From Mobula hypostoma (lineage: Eukaryota), in contig NC_086101.1 in NCBI RefSeq assembly GCF_963921235.1, forward strand, positions 2,978,001 through 3,042,000: a DNA stretch of 64,000 nucleotides. Reading direction: 5' to 3'. The notes under the pieces were generated by a model. It saw nothing but the letters and a program-made list of their open reading frames with translations, was not told where the DNA came from and did not search any database. The translations under genes were made by a program, and so were the position numbers. Of the stretch, positions 13,301 through 23,637 are shown piece after piece. The first letter of the stretch is position 1, and every line of letters starts with the position of its first letter.

Positions 13301-15665
13301 TTGAACCAAATGCTGCATATTATGGGTTCTTTTCACTAGGCTGAATGCTCTATTTCTGTTTTTTACAGCCTGACAACATTCCTCTGTCCACCATGGTACC
13401 AGTTTTCTATTCATCCTATTTTTACTCCTAGGTATGGATCCTTCTGCTGCCATGATAATTGCTGAAGTCACCTGACTGTTCAATTCATCTACATTTCCAG
13501 AAATATTAATCTTTGTCAACCCTTCTTCACTCAACTTCTGGAACTTACCCCAATCTGCTTTTCCAAACACCCACTTTGGGGTTCCGCCACCTGGTCTTAC
13601 TTCAACTCTTTCACCCACTGAACACAAAACTGGGTAGTGATCACTGCCTACTGTTGAAGCAGTCCAAACTCCCCAGTTACTAATGCCAGCCAAGGTATTA
13701 GACACTAACGTAATATCTAACACTGACTCAGTTCCTGTTGTTATATCTATCCTTGTGCCGCTACCATCATTCATACACACCAAATCCCTTTCTTCCATCA
13801 AATCTTCAATTACCTTTCCGTTTGAATCTGTAATCGGATCCCCCCATATTCTGCTATGAGCATTGAAATCTGCACACCACACTACTTTATGTCTGTTTTG
13901 TCCTTGTATCTTTAATAGGCTGTCCAATTCCAACCTTTTACATGGATTGTAGTAGTTAATTATAACCACTCCCTCCCCTCTCTCCCACACTTCCACCACT
14001 ATGTATTCCTGATCATCTCCTTTTTCCAGTACCCTATATGGTATACCTTGCTTGATTAACATAGCACAACCCCCTCCTCCCCCTAGATTTCTATCTTTCC
14101 TTATCATTGTATACCCATATACCACAAAGTCTAAAGTTAGTTTCAACTAAGTTTCCTGAATACACACTACATCCGGTTTTACAACCATTTCTTTAATAAA
14201 GTGCTTGAATTCCTGGGCTATTGGCCAGTAAGCTGCTTGCATTCTATTGTAAAAGAATCACCATAATTAGAATTAACCAACACATGACACTTCCTGGCTT
14301 GACTGATTAGTAAGGTTCTCCCTCACTTCTTCCCATGTCAGTCCTACTAACCCTAAATGGTTTACTGCTGCTTTTACCACCAGCTGAATTTTGTCACTTT
14401 TTGACTTTACCTCAGCCGTACTATTAATCACTCCTGCAATGAATGTTACTGGAGCCTTTCTGTCTACATAAATCCTGTCATTTGTTCTTTGTTGCATCTC
14501 TCGTATCCCTATTGCTCCCTGTTCATTAGGAGCATTATTCTGTTCTCTTGACATTCTTACAGCTTCTGCATAAGTGATCTTTCTTTTCACTCTTATTTCT
14601 TGAATTTTAGTCTCCCGTCTCATAACCTCACACCCACTATATGCCACATTATGAGCTCCTCCACAATTGCAGCATTTTGGTTGAACTCCTGTTCCGCACT
14701 TTCCATATTCATGATCACCCCCACATCTAGCACATCTCCTCTGCCTTTTACAGTTTTTAGCTATGTGTCCAAACCTTTGACAATTATAGCACCTCAGTGG
14801 CTTTGGCACATACACCCTTACTGGGTAACTCATGAAACCCAGGAACACCTTCCTTGGCACTCTTTCTTCTTCAAAGTCAATCAATACTGATTCACTTTCC
14901 TTTTTCACTCCCTCCTTTGCTGTTTCAGTCTTTGAACATTCATTACTTTCCCTCCTTTGATATTCCTCTTTATCTCCTCCATATTTATACTCATTGGTAT
15001 CCCCGTGATCACTCCTTTACAACCACTGTTTTGTGCTCCCACCCTCCCAGTATATTCCACCTTGAATTTTCCTATCTCTTTTAGCTTGAGTGCTTTCACA
15101 AGTTGTTCCTCATTCGCACATCTTACCAATAAGTTGCCATCATTAAGGACTTTTACAAATACTATTTCCCCTATCTTATTTGCCAGAGTTGTTGTTAGCA
15201 CAAACGGGTTAATTTTCTTCATATGTCCCTGAGCCTTCTCATTAAACCTAATTATAAGAACACCTCCTCTCTGAGCTTGTTCATCTTCCTCACTTTCAGA
15301 GCTTTCTCCACTATCATTTCTTATTCTTTTATTCCCTTTGTCTTGGTTTTTATTCATCCGACCCCTCACTACCTCCTCATTCCCTTTATTTCTCCCTTCA
15401 CAATAATCCACCTCTCCCCAGCTGCCTACCTCTGATCCCAAGTCCCTATCCCGCTCCTTCTCCACTTTCTTTCCCTCAACCCACCCTCCCCCACCATCCT
15501 GTCCACCATTACTGGACCCACACGACCCCCTCCCAGCAATTTCCGTTCCTTCCCCACTCTCTTTCCCTCAACAGGTTCCAAACCACATTCACGCATCAAT
15601 CAAAACACAGCCAGCCAAATATCCCCACTCCTGCTCTGCTCCGGCCCCCACCAACCCACTTTTTT
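10343..15665 (-). mobile_element. I-group (Nimb/Ingi-like) non-LTR retrotransposon: gag-like ORF1 with 3 CCHC knuckles, APE endonuclease, RNase H; RT core deleted
   Basis: ORF1 14273-15465 (frameshifted) has CYNCQRFGHIAKNC/CARCGGDHEYGKC/CCNCGGAHNVAYSGC; endonuclease ADFNAH...GSDHYP; RNase H IYTDG...ICSDS...WVPAHVGVKGNERVDELAK at 10538-11410; (GACA)n tail. Confidence 0.85.
11408..12648 (-). mobile_element. CR1 3' fragment replacing the RT core of the Nimb-like element
   Basis: YLDFQKAFDKVPH...GVPQGSVLGP...FADD; near-identical to the young CR1 family. Confidence 0.9.
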
Positions 15666-15672
15666 GCATTAT

Positions 15673-15790
15673 ATGTTATTCAGCCAATCATCAGGGAAAC
15701 GTGACTTGGTGTATCCAATCACGTCCCCAGCATTCTTTAAACATCCCGCCCCTACACGAAACTCTGGGACGTATTTCCGGTGCTGGGAGA
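15673..15790 (-). promoter_or_regulatory. Displaced promoter of gene A (two CCAAT boxes at 15684 and 15715, GC box)
   Basis: Homologous to 28297-28400, which abuts exon 1 in gene B. Confidence 0.6.
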
Positions 15791-15854
15791 ACAGGTGCAT
15801 GCCTGAATGTGGTTGCGGGAATCGTTGAGGAGGAGCAGGGACGAAGGGTCCCGC

Positions 15855-16915
15855 AAACACGAGGAATTCTGCAGATGCTGGAAATTCAAGCAACACACAA
15901 AGTCGGTGGTGAAGAAGGCGAATTCAATGTTGGCATTCATTTCTAGGGGAATAGAGTATAGGAGCAGGGATGTGATGTTGAGGCTCTATAAGGCACTGGT
16001 GAGACCTCACTTGGAGTACTGTGGGCAGTTTTGGTCTCCTCATTTAAGAAAGGATGTGCTGACGTTGGAGAGGGTACAGAGAAGATTCACTAGAATGATT
16101 CCAGGAATGAGAGGGTTAACATATGAGGAACGTTTGTCTGCTCTTGGACTGTATTCCTTGGAGTTTAGAAGAATGAGGGGAGACCTCATAGAAACATTTC
16201 GAATGTTAAAAGGCATGGACAGAGTGGATGTGGCAAAGTTGTTTCCCATGATGGGGGAGTCTAGTACGAGAGGGCATGACTTAAGGATTGAAAGGCGCCC
16301 ATTCAGAACAGAGATGCGAAGAAATTTTTTTAGCCAGAGGGTGGTGAATCTATGGAATTTCTTGCCACGGGCAGCAATGGAGGCCAAGTCATTGAGTGTA
16401 TTTAAGGCAGAGATTGATAGGTATCTGAGTAGCCAGGGCATCAAAGGTTATGGTGAGAAGGTGGGGGAGTGGAACTACATGGGAGAATGGATCAGCTCAT
16501 GATAAAATGGTGGAGCAGACTCCAGGGGCCAAATGGCCGACTTCTGCTACTTTGTCTTATGGTCTTAAGTTGCTGGTGAACACAGCAGGCTAGGCAGCAT
16601 CTCTAGGAAGATGTACAGTCGACGCTTCAGGCCGAGACCCTTCTTCAAGACTAACTGAAGGAAGAGCTAGTAAGAGATAGTGGGAGGGGGAGGGGGAGAT
16701 CCAAAACGATAGGAGAAGACAGGAGGGGGAGGGATGGAGCCAAGAGCTGGACAGGTGATAGGCAAAGGGATATGAGAGGTTCATGGGACAGGAGGTCCGG
16801 GGAGAAAGACAACAGGGGGGAACCCAGGGGATGGGCAAGTGGTAGAGTCAGAGGGACAGAGGGAGAAAAAGGAGAGAGAGAGAGAAAGAATGTGTGTATA
16901 GAAATAAATAACGGG
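15855..16915 (-). mobile_element. Penelope-like element terminal repeat, interrupted by a CR1 3' fragment (15903-16566, + strand)
   Basis: Same sequence as the region 3' of the GIY-YIG fragment at 17535-18125; degenerate hammerhead core at 16617-16652. Confidence 0.7.
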
Positions 16916-17534
16916 ACATAGTCATTTTAAAGAGAACACAGAAATGCTCGGAAAGAGCAACACCCCAACAGAGTTACGACCTTAAGACAAGGTTGAGGGT
17001 GGGGCCTTTGCGGTGTCAGGGTGGTGGTAGAGGGACGTCCATTTTGAACAGAGACAAGGAGGAATTTCTCTAGCCAGAGGGTGGTGAATCTGTGGAATTC
17101 ATTGTCACAGACACTGTGGAGGCAAAGTCATTTAAAATGGACTATATAGTAAAGTGTCCCGCGGGCTGGCAGAGGGAACGAGTGCCTTACACCTCCTTTA
17201 GTAGAGATGTACCTCCACCTCAACAACCGAAAGGTTAGAGAGAGGAAATTTAAAGGGATCAGAAAGGGCATTTTTTTTTTTTTTACAGAGAGAATGGGAA
17301 GTGCCCGGATTGTGCAGCCAAAGGTGGAGATGTGATGGAAGTGTTTATGAGGCTCTCAGGCTCATGAATGTGCAGGAAACAGAGGGATACGGACGTTGTG
17401 TAGACAGGAAGGGTCAGTTCAATTGGGCATTTGATTACAAATATGTAATTGGCTTGATACAATACTGTGGGCCTGTAAACGTAAATTTGCTGGATCAAAT
17501 AACGACAGCACAAAAAGATTGCTACTTATCTTTT

Positions 17535-18125
17535 CAAACAACACACATCAAAGTTGCTGGTGAACGCAGCAGGCCAGGCAGCATCTCTAGTCGATGTTTC
17601 AGGCCGAGACCCTTCATCAGGACTAACTGAAGGAAGAGCTAGTAAGAGATTTGAAAGTGGGAGGGGAGGGGGGGATCAAAAATGATAGGAGAAGACAGGA
17701 GGGGGAGGGATGGAGCCAAGAGCTGGACAGGTGATTGGCAAAGGGGATATGAGAGGATCACAGGATGAGAGGCCCAGGGAGAAAGTGGGGGGTGGGGGTG
17801 AGCCCAGAGGATGGGCAAGGGGTATAGTCAGAGGGACAGAGGGAGAAAAAGGAGAGAGAGAAAAAAAATAATAATAATAAAAATAAATAACGGATGGGGT
17901 ACGAGGGGGAGGTGGGACATTAACGGAAGTTAGAGAAGTCAATGTTCATGCCATCAGGCAACCCAGATGGAATATAAGGTGTTGTTCCTCCAACCTGAGT
18001 GTGGCTTCATCTTTACAGTAGAGGAGGCCGTGGATAGACATGTCAGAATGGGAATGGGATGTGGAATTAAAATGTGTGGCCACTGGGAGATCCTGCTTTC
18101 TCTGGCGGACAGAGTGTAGGTGTTC
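17535..18125 (-). mobile_element. Penelope-like element 3' part (GIY-YIG endonuclease C-terminus plus terminal repeat)
   Basis: EHLHSVRQRKQDLPVATHFNSTSHSHSDMSIHGLLYC...LRLEEQHLIFHLG resembles the PLE endonuclease tail. Confidence 0.78.
17589..17624 (-). ncRNA. Minimal type I hammerhead ribozyme motif within PLE
   Basis: AGUC-CUGAUGA-AGG(gucucgg)CCU-GAAAC-AUC-GACU: intact core boxes, stems I and II pair. Confidence 0.7.
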
Positions 18126-18150
18126 ACACATTTTAATTCTGAGAATTAAA

Positions 18151-18270
18151 AGGGAAGGGGAAGAGGGAGGGGAAGAGGGAGGGGAAGAGGGAGGGGAAGA
18201 GGGAGGGGAAGAGGGAGGGGAAGAGGGAGGGGAAGAGGGAGGGGAAGAGGGAGGGGAAGAGGGAGGGGTG
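18151..18270 (+). repeat. Polypurine minisatellite (GAGGGAGGGGAA)n, about 9 units
   Basis: Directly visible 12-bp tandem repeat. Confidence 0.95.
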
Positions 18271-18334
18271 GGTGGGGGTCATGGTAGAGACAGTAGCTGG
18301 AGGGAGGAACATTCAGCGCTGTCCCGGTTCCAGT

Positions 18335-18435
18335 TCACACTGGATCAGAGGAGCCACGAAATTCCAAAATAGCACAGTCCAAACCCTCATCCTCACTGGA
18401 ACTCTCCTGGCCCTTGGTTTCTGAGTGGGCTTGAC
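18335..18435 (-). CDS. Gene B putative terminal cytoplasmic exon (GQAHSETKGQESSSEDEGLDCAILEFRGSSDPV*)
   Basis: Strong acceptor ttttctctcacag; frame kept in paralog C (29855-29967) despite a 12-bp in-frame duplication; needs a linker exon such as 18554-18567 to be in frame. Confidence 0.45.
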
Positions 18436-18846
18436 CTGTGAGAGAAAACGTCACACGTCACTTCCCAGCCAGTGACGAGGTGGGGTAGTTATTCCCTCCC
18501 GAGCACCAGGGACGGGGCATCCATTCTCAGTCCCTGAAATACACCTGGTTTACCTGTGGACACGGGACTGGTGTGGTGCAGGAGGTACTTAGATATATCG
18601 AAGGATGAGTGTATCAATTATTAGTAATAATGAAGGATAAAGATAATAATTAGTTATAACAAAGATAAAGATAATAATAATAATGAGATATATTGGGCCT
18701 GTTTATTCCCCTCGTAGGTGCTCCCTGACCCACTAAATCCTCCAGCATTGTGTGTGTGTTGTCCCAACATCGGGCTCACCTTACACCAGGGCTGGGATGG
18801 ATGAAAGGGAGCTAGACGGAGAGTGGGATGATAGTGAAGAGGATAC

Positions 18847-18935
18847 TCACTGAGATTTCCTGAGCAGATACAGACCCAAGATCAATATCACAACGACTGT
18901 AAAGCTGAGGACACTGGCCCAATAATTTCTGGACT
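18847..18935 (-). CDS. Gene B transmembrane exon (KSRNYWASVLSFTVVVILILGLYLLRKSQ)
   Basis: Paralog of 367-455 with the same splice sites. Confidence 0.8.
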
Positions 18936-19457
18936 CTGGGGAACAGAAAGACAGACAGCATTACACCTCAGTTCACTGATCCATTCCATGGTCAGAAACC
19001 CACAACCAGAACCTTTGTGTCTGGAAACTGGAACTCCCTCCTCCCCTCTCTCAGTCCAGCCCCTGTCCAGTCGGGTCCTGGGGCACGTTCTCGATTCCAA
19101 GCAGTCCCCACTTCACACCCTATTCTAGGAGATGATATGACTAGAACACAGGAGCAAAAGTAGGCCATTCAGCCCATCAGGTCTGCTCTACCATTCCACT
19201 GTGGCTGATTCATTGTCCCTCTCAATCCCATTCTCCTGCCTTCTCACTGTAACCTTTGACACCCTGAATAACCAAGAACCGATAACCTCTGATTTAAATA
19301 CACCCAATGACTTGGCCTCCACAGCCGTCTGAGACAATGAATTTCACAGATTCTCCACCCTCTGGCTAATGAAATTCCTCATCTCTGTCCTAAATGGACA
19401 CCCCCATATCCTGAGACTCCCCCAGTATTGGAAACACATCCACTGTGTCGCACTCAC

Positions 19458-19718
19458 TGCTGGCTGGGTTGAAGTCAACAGAGACCGGGAGGCTGATCTG
19501 CCGACTGCAGCAATCTTCAGCAATGCAGTGGTAGGTGTGGCCACTCAGCCCATCGTTCTGCAGGACCAGCAGGGCTCCATGGAAGGTGTCGTTCCCAACG
19601 GTAGCGTCTGTCTGCCTTTCCCACCGATAGGTGATCTGTCCGCTTCCGAGAGCCGTGCAGTTCAGCGTGATGTGGGAGGCATTCCTGCTGATCTCCACTC
19701 TTGGCTCAGACACCGGCT
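19458..19718 (-). CDS. Gene B Ig C2 exon
   Basis: 261 nt, phase 1-1; ITLNC...ITYRW...TYHCIAE. Confidence 0.87.
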
Positions 19719-20749
19719 CTGCCAGGAGAGATTTCATTATGAATTAACATTAAATTCTTGAAAACATTCCCCTCAACAAACCCCCCACAATCAAATCCAC
19801 TCCACCCCCATAGATTTTACCCGTCACCCACACACTGGGGAAAGATTCAGTCACATGCTTGTCGAGGTTCTTTAACATTGTTAGAGCCGGGAGAGCGGGT
19901 AGTGAGGATACAAACTCCACAATTTATTAAATGCTCCCAATGGCGTGTCTCAAATAGCCTCTGACAACCAAGTCCAGCTCCTGACTCTCACGTACAGCTC
20001 AGCGATTAAACCCAGCAGGATCATTTCTGCTCACAGAAGGGCCAAAGGCCAGTTACTGTCACCTTCAAGCGGGTTGCTTTGGGCGGATGGGGCTCCTCAG
20101 CTGTGACTGGCAGCTCACGTAGCCACGAAGACAGTGACAGGGTCACCTGGGTGGTGTCTGGGTTCTGGAGATCAGAAAGTCTCGTGGTGGGGTCCAGCAG
20201 GTGGGAAAGGTGGTTGGTGTCTCTAAAACATGGACATTGCGGGACACGAGGACCTGGGTTACAGGGAAAGGTTGACTGGGCTGACACTTTATTCCTTGGA
20301 ACACAGACGATGGAGGGGAGATTTGATGGAGGTGTACAAAATTATGTGGGGTATCGATAGGGTAAATGCAAGCAGGCCTTTTCCACTGAGTTTGGATGAG
20401 ACTATGAGAGGTCATGTGTTAAGGGTGAAAGGTGCACTATTTAAGGGGAAGAGGAGGGGGAACTTCAGCACCGAGAGGGTGGTGAGAGCATGGACTGAGC
20501 TGGCAGAGCAAATGGTGGATGTGGGTTTGATTTCCATATTGAAGAGAAATTTTGGATGGTACATGGATGGGAGAGGTAAGGAGGGCTATGGTCCACGTAT
20601 GGGTCAATGCGACTCAGGAGAATACAGTTCGACAGAACACACGGTCCGAATGGCTGTGGCGATCTATGACACTTTCATAATCCAGTACAGACTGGATGGG
20701 CTGAATGGCCTGTTGCTGTGCTCTTGTGCTTTCTAAAACTACTACTCAC

Positions 20750-21109
20750 CGACAACACAGATCTCAAACTGGTCACGGTCACGGTTTCTCAGCTCCCTCC
20801 CAAAGTAGTTTGTCTGCACCTCGTACGTCCCCTGGTCACTCATCTTGATGCCTCGCATCTCGATAACACTATCTCTCCGGAAGTGAATCCGGTTCCTGTA
20901 GGACGGCCGGATCACGTACGGACTCTCCGGTCGGTCTGACATCCAGGCCAAGATCTTCAGCTGGTTCGGGAACGTTTTCCCCAGAGTCACCTCGTACTTG
21001 TCCTCACTGCCATGGAGGATGGGGAAGTGGACGGATCCACCAACAGGGACGGTGGTGATAGTGTCCGGGGAGGCCACGGCCGCTCTGCACTGGACCACAG
21101 TGGGAAGGA
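20750..21109 (-). CDS. Gene B Ig V exon (CD2/SLAM-like)
   Basis: 360 nt, phase 1-1, open frame, DQGTYEV motif. Confidence 0.88.
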
Positions 21110-23158
21110 CTGGAATAAAACATGGAGAAGTTATCATCCTCACACCCGTTACAGGGAGCAGAGAATTTCTGTAGAAATTGGATAGACTTTGGTGTCACCA
21201 AATCTTCTGAAAAACTATTAAAGTATAGCCACTACTGTGGACATTAAGGTAAGACGGGATAAATACAATGTCCAGTCAAGATTGGCCTGGAGCAGTTGTG
21301 GTCAACCCAGACCTCTGAAGTCAGAATGTGGAGCCACCCTTGCTTCCGGCAGATGGGACAGGGAAGGTTGATCATGACAATGTGTAATCTACCTGGAGAT
21401 GGTGAGTCTGGAAACAGAACTTTTACTTAGGAAAGGTCTTTGAAGAACTTTGGTTCCCTTTATACATCGGGGTTGCTGGAGACAGATGAGATAGGAATAA
21501 CAGAAAGATGTGAAACACATTGAACAACTAAGGGACAATCGCTTTACCAACTTCAAAGTATCATCTGTTGCCAGCTTGCAGTTTCGATTCACTTTTAACA
21601 CGTGTATTGTGAATGGCAATTGTTCTGCCAAGGCCAGAATTCAAAGACAAACATTTTACCAGATGGTCAATATTCGTAACTGATACAATTCATGATTGCG
21701 TCAGTATGTTGGGCCCAGGAGAGAGCTTCAGAGATGTTGGCACCCAGAACCTCGAAAGTGCTCACCCTTTCCACAGTTTACCCCTTGATGAGGACTGGTG
21801 TTTGATCCCCTTCCTGAAGTCCACAATCAGTTCCTTGGTCTGACTGACATTGCTGTTGCAACACCACTCAACCGAGCGGTCTTTAACCAAAGGGCACACA
21901 CTGGGGCAAGTTCAAGGGGGCTCAAGCAGAGGGTGGTTGGAATTGGAGCACACAGCCTGACAGGGAGGTGGAGGCAGAGACTTCCACAATGATTTTACAA
22001 GTCTCTAGACCAGCACTTGTATTGCCAGGGCACAGGCCAAGTGTTGGGACTAGAATAGATAGGCACAATGTCCAACATGAGTGCGATGGGCCAAAGGGTT
22101 TAATTCTGTCCTAAACACTTTTGACAGGATCTCAGATGGAGACGAGGAGACGTACAGCAGTGAGATGGATCAGCTGCTTGAGTGGTGTTACAACAACAGC
22201 CTCACCCACAACGACAGTCAGACCAGGGAACTGATTGTGGATCAGTCCTCACTGAGGGATCAGCGTTGGAAAGGGTGAGCAGTTTCAAGTTTCTGGGTGT
22301 CAGCATCTCAGAATTTCTATCCTGGGACCAAGATATTGATGCAATAATGAAGAAGACACACCAACATCTCTACTTCATTGCAAGTTTGAGAGGATTTGTT
22401 ATGTCATCAAAGACATACAAATCTCCACCATAGTCTGTTTCAGCTCAGCTATGAAAGGTTGAGGGTTGGGAACAGGGGGCGGGTGTGGTGTGACCAGCAA
22501 CAGAAGCTCCAAAGACCTCATCCCTTAGGGAGGAAGGATCTTGGAAGATCGGCTGCATCTGCAGACAACTTGAAAGACTGGCCCAGGTCAGAGGAATTTG
22601 GAGAGTTGCTGTCAATAGACTATGTCCCAGTAGAGTAAAAGTTCTCCAGATGTACCAGAGAGAGCATTGTGATCGGTTGCATTACCACCTGGAACTGCCC
22701 AGGATCAGATGAAGCCACAGAGGGTTGTAAACTCAGCCATCTCCATCACAAACACAACCCAACCACCAGCAGATGATCAAAGGTGAAGCCTCAGGAAGGC
22801 AGCATCCAACATGAAGGACCCTCAGCACCCAGAACATACCCTCTTCTCATTGCTGCCAAGAGGGAGGAGGGACAGGAGCCTGCAGACACTCACTCAATGA
22901 TTCAGGAACACCTTCTTGTCCTCAGACAGGTTTCTGAACTCTCCATGAACAACTCCTCACTATTTTTTCTCTTTATTTGTTTTTATAATAGATAGATTTT
23001 TATGTCTTTACACTATACTGCTGCAATAAAACACAGAATTTCACACCATAGGACAGAGCTAATAAACCCAATACTGATAGCCATATTACATCAAACCCAC
23101 AGTGTTTCAGAATGAACCCACATCTCGGCCCCTTCTCCGGAGTGGTATCTCCCAGTAC

Positions 23159-23207
23159 CTGTCAGTATCCACAGGAGCATCTCTGCCTTCCCATCGGAGT
23201 GCGGCAT
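23159..23207 (-). CDS. Gene B start/signal exon coding part (MPHSDGKAEMLLWILT|V); whole exon 23159-23301
   Basis: Same 143-nt exon as in gene A with intact splice sites. Confidence 0.8.
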
Positions 23208-23637
23208 CCTCACGGGTATCCCAGTCTCTCAGCTCGCTCTAGTTCCTTCTGTAGGCAGAATTCCGGCTGTGCAGAATTCCCAGTTCCAGAGCTGGAAGAA
23301 CCTGGAACGTAGGACAGGACACAGTCACTACGCCGGTTTCATTAATCCCACCCACGGGTACAGAATTCAAATCACTCCGTTCCCGTAATGTGTGAGTGTC
23401 TGTGTAAATGCCCCGACACATCACAATCATATCTGCTTCCACCCCACGCCGGAGCCCGTTCCAGGCACCCATCACTGTGTAAAACAACTTGCCCTCAACG
23501 CCCCCTCCCCACTCCCCGTCATCTTTACCCCGCGCCCTCTCCTATTTGACATTTTACCCTGGCAAAGAGACTGACCGCCAACCCTAATTATTTACAGATC
23601 CGCCCCAGAAGCCCTCGACACCCAGTTCCACCCTTGT

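Noticed and set aside
18040..18372. ORF with (GGEE)n
   Set aside because: Translation of the polypurine minisatellite.
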